Shown: piece after piece, positions 36,743 through 46,260 of the stretch
Position numbering within the stretch: position 1 is the stretch's first letter
Layout: each line of letters opens with the position of its first letter
Origin: Pseudomonadota bacterium
GTDB taxonomy: Bacteria > Pseudomonadota > Gammaproteobacteria > Burkholderiales > Burkholderiaceae_F
Assembly (NCBI GenBank): GCA_023443095.1
Contig: JAEZVV010000071.1
Coordinates: 10,525 to 74,524, forward strand
DNA: 64,000 nucleotides
Direction: 5' to 3'
The notes under the pieces: generated by a model
The model's database searches: none
What the model saw: only the letters and a program-made list of their open reading frames with translations
What the model was told of the DNA's origin: nothing
Position numbers and translations under genes: made by a program

Positions 36743-37255
36743 GTGTCCCGCACGACCGAACTTGTCCTGCCTGACGAAACAGCTACCGCCCGCCTGGGAC
36801 GGGCGCTCGCCGCCGGGCTTGCCGCCCAGCTCTCCACGATCGAGCAAGCGGGCTTCAACTTTCGCCTCGAAGGCGACCTGGGTGCGGGCAAAACTGCGCT
36901 GATCCGCGCTCTGCTGCGGGGCTTGAACGTGAGCGGCCCCATCAAAAGCCCTAGCTTCGCCCTAGTTGAAGCTTATAAAGTTTCGAGCTTAGACTTCTAT
37001 CACTTTGATTTTTATCGGTTCGCTGATCCAGCCGAATTTGCGTCCGCGGGTTTCCGCGAAAACTTCGGGCCCGGCAACATCACGGCCGTCGAATGGCCCA
37101 ACCGCGCCGGACCGCGCCTGCCCGCGGCTGATCTCGAAATCGAACTGGACGTGGCCGGCGACGGCCGCGTCGCCCGACTCTTTGCGCGAACTCCCACTGG
37201 CCAAGCATGCCTGAGCGAAGCACTGAAATCCTGGGAATCTCCCGCCGCCGCCTGA
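36743..37255 (+). CDS. tsaE: tRNA t6A37 biosynthesis ATPase TsaE
   Basis: LEGDLGAGKTALIRALLRGL Walker A and SPSFALVEAY...FYHFDFYR. GTG start. Confidence 0.85.
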   Translation: MSRTTELVLPDETATARLGRALAAGLAAQLSTIEQAGFNFRLEGDLGAGKTALIRALLRGLNVSGPIKSPSFALVEAYKVSSLDFYHFDFYRFADPAEFASAGFRENFGPGNITAVEWPNRAGPRLPAADLEIELDVAGDGRVARLFARTPTGQACLSEALKSWESPAAA

Positions 37256-38511
37256 TCCACGCTGGCGCGGGTTCGCTCGTCCTCTCGCTCTCCCCCTTCC
37301 ACATCGCCCGCGGCGCCCAGCTGCTGGATCTGCGCATGTGGCCGGCCCGCGACTACACGCGGCTGACGCTCGAACACGACGAACCGCTCAAGGTCAGCCA
37401 CTTCGTGATCCGCGAAGGACAGCTGCGGCTGGTGGTCGACATCGAGGGGCTGGAGCTCAACGCCCGCCTGCAGGAGCTGGTGGGGCGCGTCTCCCCCAAC
37501 GATCCGTACGTGCTGAGCCTGCGCGCAGGGCAGTACCAACCGCGCGTGGTGCGGCTGGTGATGGAACTCAAGGAGGACATCCAGCCGCAGGTCTTTTCGC
37601 TGGCGCCGGTAGGGCCTTATGGCCATCGGCTGGTGTTCGACCTTTATCCGACCCGCCCGGCCGACCCGCTGATGGCGCTGCTGCAAAAGCCCGAGACGGA
37701 GACCGAGGACGACGACCCGATCGGCCGCGCCATCGCCGAGGCGGAACGCAATGCCCGGCGCGACCGGCCCGCCCCCAGCGAACCGAAGGGACCGCGCATG
37801 GCGCGGCTGGTGACGATTGCGATCGACCCCGGCCATGGCGGCGAAGACCCGGGCGCCGTCGGGCGCGCCGGCACCTTCGAGAAAAACGTCACGCTGTCGA
37901 TCGCCAAACGCCTGCACGCAATGATCGACGCTCAGCCCTCGATGCGGGCAGCGCTCACCCGCGACGGCGATTACTTCGTGCCCTTGAACCGACGGGTCGC
38001 CAAGGCCCGCGCGGTGAAAGCCGACCTGCTGGTGTCGATCCACGCCGATGCGTGGATCAAGCCCGACGCGCGCGGCTCCTCGGTTTTTGCCCTGTCCGAA
38101 CGCGGCGCCACCAGCAGCGCCGCCGCCTGGATGGCGAAGCGGGAAAACGACGCCGACCTGATCGGCGGAGTCAACCTCGGCATCCACGACAAGCAACTCG
38201 CGCGCGTCCTGCTCGATCTCTCGACCACGGCGCAGATCAACGACAGCCTCAAGTTCGGCGCTTCGGTGCTGCGCGAGCTCGAACGCATCAACAAGCTGCA
38301 CAAGCCGCGGGTCGAGCAGGCCGGGTTTGCGGTCCTGAAAGCCCCGGACATTCCCTCGATCCTGGTCGAGACCGCCTTCATCAGCAACCCGGAAGAAGAA
38401 GCCCGGCTGCGCGACAACGACTATCAGGACGAGATGGCCCGCGCGATCATGAAGGGCATCCAGCGCTACTTCGCGAAGAATCCGCCCCTGGCGCGCGGCC
38501 GCGTCGCCTAA
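37207..38511 (+). CDS. amiC: N-acetylmuramoyl-L-alanine amidase with Tat signal and AMIN domain
   Basis: SRRRLIHAGAG twin-arginine motif, AMIN-like LRMWPARDYTRLTLE, and Amidase_3 motifs IAIDPGHGGEDPGA and SIHADA. Confidence 0.9.
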   Translation: MPERSTEILGISRRRLIHAGAGSLVLSLSPFHIARGAQLLDLRMWPARDYTRLTLEHDEPLKVSHFVIREGQLRLVVDIEGLELNARLQELVGRVSPNDPYVLSLRAGQYQPRVVRLVMELKEDIQPQVFSLAPVGPYGHRLVFDLYPTRPADPLMALLQKPETETEDDDPIGRAIAEAERNARRDRPAPSEPKGPRMARLVTIAIDPGHGGEDPGAVGRAGTFEKNVTLSIAKRLHAMIDAQPSMRAALTRDGDYFVPLNRRVAKARAVKADLLVSIHADAWIKPDARGSSVFALSERGATSSAAAWMAKRENDADLIGGVNLGIHDKQLARVLLDLSTTAQINDSLKFGASVLRELERINKLHKPRVEQAGFAVLKAPDIPSILVETAFISNPEEEARLRDNDYQDEMARAIMKGIQRYFAKNPPLARGRVA

Positions 38512-38580
38512 GGTTGCCGGCCCGCTTACAATGGCGGGAGTCAACCCACTCACCAATCATTCACGCGCGGAGAGGCAAAC

Positions 38581-39645
38581 ATGGCGCTGGTATCGATGCG
38601 TCAACTCCTGGATCACGCGGCCGACAACGGCTACGGCGTCCCGGCGTTCAACGTCAACAATCTGGAGCAGGTCCAGGCGATCATGGAAGCCGCGTCCGAA
38701 ACCGGCGCGCCCGTGATCATGCAAGCCTCGGCCGGCGCCCGTAAGTATGCCGGCGAGACCTTCCTCAAGCACCTGATCCAGGCCGCTGTCGAGTCGTATC
38801 CGCAGATTCCGGTGTGTATGCACCAGGACCACGGCCAGAGCCCGGCCGTGTGCGAAGGCGCGATGAACCTGGGCTTCTCGTCGGTCATGATGGACGGCTC
38901 GCTCAAGGAAGACGGCAAGACCATCGCCGACTACGACTACAACGTCGCGGTCACCCAGAAGGTGGTGGCGATGGCCCACGCCAAGGGCGTGAGCGTCGAA
39001 GGTGAGCTGGGCTGCCTCGGTTCGCTCGAGACCATGCAGGGCGACAAGGAAGACGGCCACGGCACCGAAGCGGTGATGACCCGCGACCAACTGCTGACCG
39101 ACCCCGCGCAGGCGGCCGACTTCGTCGCCCGCACCCAGCTCGACGCGCTGGCGATCGCCATCGGCACCAGCCACGGCGCGTACAAGTTCACGCGCAAGCC
39201 CACCGGCGACATCCTGGCGATCGAGCGCATCAAGGAGATCCACGGCCGCATTCCCAACACCCACCTGGTGATGCACGGTTCCTCCAGCGTCCCGCAAGAC
39301 CTGCTCGCGATCATCCGCGAACACGGCGGCGCCATGAAGGAAACCTATGGCGTTCCGGTCGAGGAAATCCAGGAGGCGATCAAATACGGCGTGCGCAAGG
39401 TCAACATCGACACCGACATCCGCCTGGCGATGACGGCAGCGATCCGGAAGTTCCTGTTCGAAAACCCCAGCCATTTCGATCCGCGCGACTACCTCAAGCC
39501 CGCGCGCGCCGCCGCCAAGGCGATCTGCAAGCAGCGCTACCTGGAGTTCGGCTGCGAAGGCCAGGGCGCCAAGATCAAGGCGGTAAGCCTGGTCGACATG
39601 GCGGCCCGCTACCAGGCCGGCGAACTGGCGCAGCGCGTCAACTGA
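38581..39645 (+). CDS. fba: class II fructose-bisphosphate aldolase
   Basis: [43 protein letters not shown]. Confidence 0.95.
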   Translation: MALVSMRQLLDHAADNGYGVPAFNVNNLEQVQAIMEAASETGAPVIMQASAGARKYAGETFLKHLIQAAVESYPQIPVCMHQDHGQSPAVCEGAMNLGFSSVMMDGSLKEDGKTIADYDYNVAVTQKVVAMAHAKGVSVEGELGCLGSLETMQGDKEDGHGTEAVMTRDQLLTDPAQAADFVARTQLDALAIAIGTSHGAYKFTRKPTGDILAIERIKEIHGRIPNTHLVMHGSSSVPQDLLAIIREHGGAMKETYGVPVEEIQEAIKYGVRKVNIDTDIRLAMTAAIRKFLFENPSHFDPRDYLKPARAAAKAICKQRYLEFGCEGQGAKIKAVSLVDMAARYQAGELAQRVN

Positions 39646-39665
39646 GCCGCGTCGGTTTGATCCAC

Positions 39666-39695
39666 AAGGCGGCCCTCGGGCCGCCTTCGTCGTTT
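39666..39695 (+). terminator. hairpin after fba (weak T-tail)
   Basis: AAGGCGGCC-CTCG-GGCCGCCTT then CGTCGTTT. Confidence 0.4.
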
Positions 39696-39697
39696 GG

Positions 39698-41542
39698 ATG
39701 GCCCCAATGAAGCCTGTCGACCTTGCCCCCTTCGCCCTGCTCGACTCGAGTCGCGGCGAGGGTGCGCCAGGGGGCCGGCTCTACACCGGCTTCGTACGCG
39801 AGCACCGCTGCACCGACCCGGCGCAACTCGACGCGGTCTGGGCAGCGGTAAAGGCCGATCAGGCGAAGGGCCAACACGCGCTTCTGCTGGCCGACTACGA
39901 ATGGGGCGCCAAGCTGCTGCAAGCGGGCAATGAGAAACTTGCCGCGAACGATGCCAGCTCGCTGCGAATATTGATGTTCGCTTCGCTCGAACACCTTGAT
40001 CGAGGGGGCGTCGAGGCCTGGCTCGCCACCGCCGACGGCAGTGACCAAGCCTCGCCTGCCGGCATCGGCTGCTGGCAGGCTGGCGTCACCGAAGCCGAGT
40101 ACCGCGCCGCCGTCGACCGCATCCACGACTGGATCGCGGCAGGCGAGACTTATCAAGTCAACTACACCTACCGCCTGGATGGCCGCGCTTTTGGCTCACC
40201 GATCGGGCTCTACCGGCGACTGCGAACTCGGCAGCCCGTCGCTTTTGGTGCTCTGATCCGCCTGCCGGCGGGGGACGAGACCGAATGGGTCCTGTCGTGT
40301 TCGCCCGAACTCTTCGTCGAACATCGAGCCGGACAACTCCTCACTCGACCCATGAAGGGCACGGCGCCGCGCTCGGCTGAGCCGGGACAAGACCGGGCGA
40401 ATGCCGAATGGCTGGCGACCGACGCCAAGAACCGCGCCGAAAACCTGATGATCGTCGACCTGCTGCGCAACGACCTCGGCCGCGTAGCAGAAACCGGTTC
40501 GGTGCAGGTGCCGCAGCTCTTTGCGATCGAGAGTTATCACACCGTCCACCAGATGACCTCGACCATCACCGCCCGGCTGCGCCCCGGCCTCGAACTGCCG
40601 GCGGTGCTGCGAGCCTTGTTCCCCTGCGGCTCGATCACGGGCGCGCCCAAACACCACACGATGGAGTTGATCGCCCGCCTCGAAAACACGCCGCGCGGCC
40701 TCTATTGCGGCGCGGTCGGCTGGGTCGATCCCGCGGGCAGCGGCTCATGCGGCGATTTCTGCCTGTCGGTAGCGATCCGCACCCTCACCTTGGGACCCGA
40801 GCGTGGCGGCCGGCGCGCAGCGCAACTGGGAGTGGGCGGCGGCATCGTGATCGACTCGGACGCCGGCGCCGAATGGAACGAGACCCACACCAAAGCCCGT
40901 TTCGCCACCACGTTGGACCCCGGCTTCACCCTGTTCGAAACCATGCTCGCCGAAGGCGGCCGCATCCCCCTGCTCGAAGCCCATCTGAAACGGCTGGCAA
41001 CCAGCGCTTTCGAACTCGGCTTCGGCTTCGACGAACCCGCCACCCGCACGGCCATCGCCGCCGCCTTGGCGGCGCTGCCCGCCGAGCCCCCGCAGCGCGT
41101 GCGGCTCGACCTCGCCCACGACGGCACGCTGAAACTCCAGTCCGGCCCGCGCGGACCACAACCTGCAGGCCCGGTCCGCTTGCTGCTCGCGACCGCACCC
41201 TTGCCCGCCGCGGACTCCCTGCTGCTGGGCCACAAGACCTCGCTGCGCCCGAGTTACGACGCCGCCATCCGCGCCGCGCAAGCCCAGGGGGCGTTTGATT
41301 GCCTGTTTTTCAATGATCGCGGCGAACTGACCGAAGGCGGACGCTGCAACGTCTTTGTCAAGCTGGAAGGTCGCTGGTTCACGCCGCCACTGACGGCGGG
41401 GCTCCTGCCGGGGGTGATGCGGGCCAAGCTGCTGGCCGATCTCGATGCACGCGAACGCACCCTGACAATGGCAGACCTTGGACATACACAGGACCTGCTC
41501 GTATGCAACGCGCTGCGCGGAGCTCTGCCGGCGCGGCTCTGA
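39698..41542 (+). CDS. pabB: fused aminodeoxychorismate synthase component I / aminodeoxychorismate lyase
   Basis: Chorismate-binding motifs (PELFVEH, NRAENLMIVDLLRNDL, GSITGAPK, YCGAVGW) are followed by a class IV aminotransferase-like tail (LLEAHLKRL...GLLPGVMR). Confidence 0.85.
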   Translation: MAPMKPVDLAPFALLDSSRGEGAPGGRLYTGFVREHRCTDPAQLDAVWAAVKADQAKGQHALLLADYEWGAKLLQAGNEKLAANDASSLRILMFASLEHLDRGGVEAWLATADGSDQASPAGIGCWQAGVTEAEYRAAVDRIHDWIAAGETYQVNYTYRLDGRAFGSPIGLYRRLRTRQPVAFGALIRLPAGDETEWVLSCSPELFVEHRAGQLLTRPMKGTAPRSAEPGQDRANAEWLATDAKNRAENLMIVDLLRNDLGRVAETGSVQVPQLFAIESYHTVHQMTSTITARLRPGLELPAVLRALFPCGSITGAPKHHTMELIARLENTPRGLYCGAVGWVDPAGSGSCGDFCLSVAIRTLTLGPERGGRRAAQLGVGGGIVIDSDAGAEWNETHTKARFATTLDPGFTLFETMLAEGGRIPLLEAHLKRLATSAFELGFGFDEPATRTAIAAALAALPAEPPQRVRLDLAHDGTLKLQSGPRGPQPAGPVRLLLATAPLPAADSLLLGHKTSLRPSYDAAIRAAQAQGAFDCLFFNDRGELTEGGRCNVFVKLEGRWFTPPLTAGLLPGVMRAKLLADLDARERTLTMADLGHTQDLLVCNALRGALPARL

Positions 41543-41630
41543 GCCCCTCCTCTTCCGGCCGCTGTCGATCCGCCTTACAGGCTTGCCGGACTGATTTTTC
41601 AAGTCATTGATTTAAAAGGACCTCTATCCC

Positions 41631-41646
41631 TGGCATCGTTCGTGCA
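41631..41646 (+). promoter_or_regulatory. candidate sigma-54 (-24/-12) promoter TGGCAT-CGTTC-GTGCA
   Basis: GG-N10-GC spacing is exact and TGGCA and TGCA match the consensus. It lies 52 nt upstream of the PEP-CTERM gene ATG, in an AT-rich intergenic region. Confidence 0.5.
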
Positions 41647-41697
41647 TAGGAATAAGCGCGGTACTCGATGTGTCCACCAACTGGAGGGGAGGTCCAA

Positions 41698-42453
41698 ATG
41701 AACCTCAAGAAGACTCTGATCGCAATGGCGCTGGTTGCGGCTTCCGCTCCGGCATTGTCGGCCACCATCACCATCAGCAACCTGCGCAGCGACTGGCTCA
41801 ACCCGGTACCGGCGGGCAATGTCACGATCACCAACCAGGCCGGCAGTCTGGTCGACACGGCGCTGTGGCCGCCCACCCCTGCGAACCCCCAAAGCGGTTA
41901 CACCTTCGACCCGACCAACGGCAATATCGTTCTTCTGAACGTGCCGCCGGCGACGCCGACCTTCCAAGTGGGGGTCTTCCAACACATCAACCAGCCCATT
42001 CCGGCGGGCACATCGATCACGAGCATCCAGCTGCGCATCACGGGTGACATCGACATCGACGGCACGAAGTTCCTCAACCAGACTTATTTGTTCAATCTGG
42101 CGCACTTCGAAACCCCGAACGAAGACAACCCCTGCGCGGACGGCGGAGCCAACGGCGTGGGCGTGAACATCAACGGCTGTGCCGACCGAGTCACCATCAC
42201 CCCGGTCGGTGGGCAGCAATCGACCTTCAAGGTCGGCGGCATCGACTACACGCTTTATCTCGACGGCTTCCAGCAGATCGGTGCTCCCAACCCGAATCCG
42301 GTCTACTGGACTCAGGAGCAAACGACCAACACGGCCAACCTGATCGGCCACGTCGCCGCGGTGGTGAACATCCCCGAGCCTGCCGGCCTCGCTCTGACCG
42401 GTTTGGCGCTCGTCGGCCTGGGCCTGATCCGTCGTCGCAAGACTTCGGTTTAA
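41698..42453 (+). CDS. PEP-CTERM sorting-domain secreted protein
   Basis: Signal peptide. C-terminal IPEPAGLALTGLALVGLGLIRRRK (PEP motif, TM, basic tail). GGAGGGGAGG before ATG 41698. Confidence 0.85.
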   Translation: MNLKKTLIAMALVAASAPALSATITISNLRSDWLNPVPAGNVTITNQAGSLVDTALWPPTPANPQSGYTFDPTNGNIVLLNVPPATPTFQVGVFQHINQPIPAGTSITSIQLRITGDIDIDGTKFLNQTYLFNLAHFETPNEDNPCADGGANGVGVNINGCADRVTITPVGGQQSTFKVGGIDYTLYLDGFQQIGAPNPNPVYWTQEQTTNTANLIGHVAAVVNIPEPAGLALTGLALVGLGLIRRRKTSV

Positions 42454-42475
42454 GCCCTCGCTCTTAAGCGCCAAA

Positions 42476-42495
42476 GGGGCGGCCTATGCCGCCCC
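42476..42495. terminator. hairpin between convergent PEP-CTERM and M14 peptidase genes
   Basis: GGGGCGGC-CTAT-GCCGCCCC. The T-tail is poor on both strands. Confidence 0.4.
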
Positions 42496-42533
42496 TCTTC
42501 ATATCGACTGGACGGACGTTCTGCCGCCCGCCA

Positions 42534-44231
42534 TTAACCCAGAGTCACTTTCCCGCCGACTCGCCCGGCGCGGTCGTGCCAGCACTCGAACTCGAGTTCA
42601 TCTCCCGCCCGGCCTTTGACGATCCACTCGGCCAGCGCCCTTTCGGCACTGGGTTTCTTGGCCTGCCAGAAGCTGATCCCGGTATGGACGTAAGCCCAGC
42701 CCTCAAGTTCCCCCAGCTCCAGCCGCGGTTTGCCGGCCAGGAGCTCGGCGCCGGCCGGCAGGGTGATCGTCGCCAGCGCACCGCGAGTCTGCTGGTTCCT
42801 AAGCGCCATCTTCGTGACATACGTTGGCAGCCATCCGCTGTTGGCGACCACCAAGCGCACCCGCCAAGTGTCCTCGTCGATCCGCTCAGCACTGGCTTGG
42901 GTCAACTCGAGCCGCGGCAGGATCAGCGCCTGCCACAGCAACCACTGCGGGAAACGGGCGATCTCCTTCTCGCGCAGCGCGGGAGGCGGATTGGTAAAGA
43001 GCTCGAAGCGGTTCCAGCCGCCGATCTCGACCCGCCCCAGTTGCGGATGATCGAAGGGCTTCCAGTCGAGGTGGCCCGCGCCCGGCGCCACCCGCTGGGC
43101 CCAGCGATAAACCTTGAGATCGTCGGCTATCGGGTGGTCGCGGAACCAGTGGATGAAGTCGCGGTTCTCGATACCGGCCTCCTGCTTAGGGTTCCAGATC
43201 TCGATCGTCCAGGTGAAGCGCCCCAGATGTTCGTAGATCCAGTCGAACGAGCCGCTGATGAACTCGCCCGGCATGTACTGGAACTCGTGAAAGATCGAGA
43301 TCGCCGGATAACCGGTGAGCGCCTCGCCCTTCTTGCCGACAGTCTGGTAGGTCCACAAGTCCTCGGCCGGCATCTGGGTATCGGCGGCCGAGCCGAAAGG
43401 CCGCAGCAACACCCCCGAGAAGGTGTGCACGCTGGTGCCGTTGCCGATGTTGGGGTGGGCCATGAAAAACTCGACCACGGCCCGCACTTCGGGCTCGCTG
43501 GTGGGGTAGGGACCGGCACCGAGCTGCTGGTGCTCCTGGCGCCAGTTCGACGGAAAGTTCCGGTTGAGGTCCAGCCCTTGCTGACTGCCGTTGACGCCGA
43601 CGAGCTCGATGTTCACGCCGTCGAAGTTCTCGATCAGACCTTCGCTCATCACCCGGTAGTAGTCGCCGCCAGGAGGATCGATCGGGTCGCGGCGCACCAG
43701 CAGCTGCGGCTCGTCGGGATGTTTCTTCCATGGACCGTTGGGGTCAAGCACCCGCATCTGCAGGATGCGGCCGTCGCCGTCGATGTCCTGCGCCAGCAAT
43801 CCTTCGTGAAGCTCTTCGTCGAAAGGGTAGCGGCGGGTGGCGGAGCGGACGAACCTGGGCGAATCGGCGATCGCCCACTCGGCGCCGTCGGGATTGAGCC
43901 GAGGGCAGACATAGAAGACGCGGGTATCGAGCGCGCGGGTGACGTCGGCGTCATGGCCGTAAGCCTTGAGCAGATACTCGACAAAATATAGGCAGGTAAG
44001 CGAGGCGGTGAGTTCGACCGAGTGGATATTGCCGTCGACCCAGCTCGCCGGCTTGTCGGACGCGGCGCCGGTCGCCCGATTGGTGATGGCGGCGACCCAG
44101 ATCTCGCGCCCCTCATGGCTGCGGCCAATCGCTTCCAGTGCCATCAGGTTCGGATGTTCGGCCGCAAAGGTCTGCAGGTAGTCGACAAGTTCGGCGTAAC
44201 GAGGGAAACGCGAGTAATCGATAGTTGGCAT
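42534..44231 (-). CDS. M14 family zinc carboxypeptidase-like protein
   Basis: SHEGREIWVAAITN...VDGNIHSVELT (HxxE zinc motif region), followed by a large C-terminal extension. Confidence 0.8.
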   Translation of the reverse strand: MPTIDYSRFPRYAELVDYLQTFAAEHPNLMALEAIGRSHEGREIWVAAITNRATGAASDKPASWVDGNIHSVELTASLTCLYFVEYLLKAYGHDADVTRALDTRVFYVCPRLNPDGAEWAIADSPRFVRSATRRYPFDEELHEGLLAQDIDGDGRILQMRVLDPNGPWKKHPDEPQLLVRRDPIDPPGGDYYRVMSEGLIENFDGVNIELVGVNGSQQGLDLNRNFPSNWRQEHQQLGAGPYPTSEPEVRAVVEFFMAHPNIGNGTSVHTFSGVLLRPFGSAADTQMPAEDLWTYQTVGKKGEALTGYPAISIFHEFQYMPGEFISGSFDWIYEHLGRFTWTIEIWNPKQEAGIENRDFIHWFRDHPIADDLKVYRWAQRVAPGAGHLDWKPFDHPQLGRVEIGGWNRFELFTNPPPALREKEIARFPQWLLWQALILPRLELTQASAERIDEDTWRVRLVVANSGWLPTYVTKMALRNQQTRGALATITLPAGAELLAGKPRLELGELEGWAYVHTGISFWQAKKPSAERALAEWIVKGRAGDELEFECWHDRAGRVGGKVTLG

Positions 44232-44314
44232 GGCAGCTGCGATCGGGGCGGTCCACAGAAGGGGAAGGCCAGTGTAGCCAGGGCCTCGCCGACTCGGGCT
44301 TTTATGATGGTGGC

Positions 44315-44710
44315 ATGCAACACACCCACCACGACAGCCGCTCTCTCAAGGGCAAACGCGGGCTGCGCCGTCTGATCAACGCCTTCAGGTACTCGCGCGA
44401 CGGCTTTGCTGCCGCCTGGAAAAGCGAAGACGCGTTCCGCCAGGAAGCGGTCCTCGCCGGCCTTATGATCCCGGTAGCGCTGCTGCTGCCCGTCGCCCTG
44501 GTCGAGAAAATCCTGCTGATCGGAGTCGTGGTTCTGGTCTTGATCGTCGAAGTGCTCAACACCGCCATTGAAGCCGCAATCGACCGCCACGGCCACGAAA
44601 TCCACCCGCTCGCCAAACAGGCCAAGGACCTCGGTTCGGCCGCTGTTTTGCTGGCTTTGTTGCTCGCAGCCGGTGTCTGGGCGGCCATCCTGATCAGCCG
44701 CTTCGCCTGA
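44315..44710 (+). CDS. dgkA: diacylglycerol kinase
   Basis: GLRRLINAFRYSRDGF...FRQE...EVLNTAIEAAIDR. Start at the internal ATG 44315. Confidence 0.9.
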   Translation: MQHTHHDSRSLKGKRGLRRLINAFRYSRDGFAAAWKSEDAFRQEAVLAGLMIPVALLLPVALVEKILLIGVVVLVLIVEVLNTAIEAAIDRHGHEIHPLAKQAKDLGSAAVLLALLLAAGVWAAILISRFA

Positions 44711-44764
44711 AAGCTCGCGCCAAGCACGTAAAATCCGGCTTTTGACCGCAGGGACTCAAGCGCC

Positions 44765-45661
44765 ATGGCCGGACTACTCAAAAGCGATTTGACTTCGCTT
44801 CCCCTCGTTTATCGCGGCAAGGTGCGCGACAGTTGGGCCGTGGGCGAAGACAAGCTGCTCATCATCACCAGCGACCGCCTCTCGGCCTTCGACGTTGTGC
44901 TGGACGAGCCGATCACTGATAAGGGCCGAGTCTTGAACGCACTCTCGAACTTCTGGTTCGACAAGCTCAAGGACGTGGTGCCCAACCACCTCACCGGCAT
45001 CGATCCGACCTCGGTCGTGAGCGCGGCCGATGCGCCGCAGGTGCGGGGCCGCTCGGTGGTGGCGATGAAATTGAAGCCCCTGCCGGTCGAAGCCGTGGTG
45101 CGCGGCTACCTGATCGGCTCCGGCTGGAAGGACTACCAGGCCACGGGCAGCGTCTGCGGCGTCGCCCTGCCTCCCGGGCTGAAGATGGCGCAGAAGCTGC
45201 CCGAGCCCATCTTCACCCCGGCCGCCAAGGCCGCGCTCGGCGAACACGACGAAAACATCAACTTCGACCAGGTGATCGCCACCGTCGGCGCCGAACTGGC
45301 CGAGCAAATCCGCACTGTTTCGATCGAGCTCTACCGGAAGGCGAGCGACTACGCCGCCACCCGCGGCATCATCATCGCCGACACCAAGTTCGAGTTCGGC
45401 CTCGACGCCGATGGCCGCCTGCGCCTGATGGACGAGGTGCTCACTCCCGATTCGTCGCGCTTCTGGCCGGCCGACCAGTACCAGGTCGGCATCTCGCCGC
45501 CCAGCTACGACAAGCAGTTTGTGCGCGACTGGCTCGAGACCCAGCCCTGGAACAAGACCGCGCCTGCGCCCACGCTGCCGCCCGAGGTGGTCGCTGCCAC
45601 CGCCGCCAAGTACCGCGAGGCGCTGGTCAAGCTCACCGGCGCCGATCTGCCCGCCGCCTGA
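44765..45661 (+). CDS. purC: phosphoribosylaminoimidazole-succinocarboxamide synthase
   Basis: [32 protein letters not shown]. Confidence 0.95.
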   Translation: MAGLLKSDLTSLPLVYRGKVRDSWAVGEDKLLIITSDRLSAFDVVLDEPITDKGRVLNALSNFWFDKLKDVVPNHLTGIDPTSVVSAADAPQVRGRSVVAMKLKPLPVEAVVRGYLIGSGWKDYQATGSVCGVALPPGLKMAQKLPEPIFTPAAKAALGEHDENINFDQVIATVGAELAEQIRTVSIELYRKASDYAATRGIIIADTKFEFGLDADGRLRLMDEVLTPDSSRFWPADQYQVGISPPSYDKQFVRDWLETQPWNKTAPAPTLPPEVVAATAAKYREALVKLTGADLPAA

Positions 45662-45684
45662 GCGCCACAGGTAAATACCCACGT

Positions 45685-45715
45685 GTGCGGGGCAGGCTCG
45701 GAGCCTGCCCCGCAC
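45685..45715. other. perfect 14-bp-stem hairpin between purC and purE
   Basis: GTGCGGGGCAGGCT-CGG-AGCCTGCCCCGCAC with no T-run after it. Confidence 0.5.
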
Positions 45716-45745
45716 GCCTTTAGAATCCGGCCTTTTGCGGGAACG

Positions 45746-46252
45746 ATGATGGTCACAGCTGCACGAGCCACGCCCCTGGTGGGAGTCGTGATGGGTTCCA
45801 ACTCCGATTGGGACGTGATGAGCCACGCGTGCAGCGTGCTCAAGGAGTTCGAAGTGCCGTTCGAGGCTCAGGTGCTCTCCGCCCACCGCATGCCCGACGA
45901 GATGTTCGACTACGCTGAAAGCGCCCGCACCCGCGGCCTGCGCGTGATCATCGCCGGCGCCGGCGGCGCGGCCCACCTGCCGGGCATGATCGCCGCCAAG
46001 ACCGTGATCCCGGTACTCGGCGTGCCAGTGCCTTCGAAGTACCTGCGCGGCGAAGACTCGCTGCTGTCTATCGTTCAGATGCCCAAGGGCGTCCCGGTCG
46101 CCACGTTCGCCATCGGCGAAGCCGGCGCCGGCAATGCCGCCCTCTTTGCCGTGGCCATGCTCGCCGCAGAAAACCCCGACCTCGCCATGCGCCTGGCCCA
46201 GTTCCGTGCCACTCAGAACGAGAAGGCCCGCAACATGACCTTGCCGCTCTGA
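45746..46252 (+). CDS. purE: 5-(carboxyamino)imidazole ribonucleotide mutase
   Basis: [34 protein letters not shown]. Start taken at ATG 45746 after the hairpin. Confidence 0.9.
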   Translation: MMVTAARATPLVGVVMGSNSDWDVMSHACSVLKEFEVPFEAQVLSAHRMPDEMFDYAESARTRGLRVIIAGAGGAAHLPGMIAAKTVIPVLGVPVPSKYLRGEDSLLSIVQMPKGVPVATFAIGEAGAGNAALFAVAMLAAENPDLAMRLAQFRATQNEKARNMTLPL

Positions 46253-46260
46253 GGCCCGCC

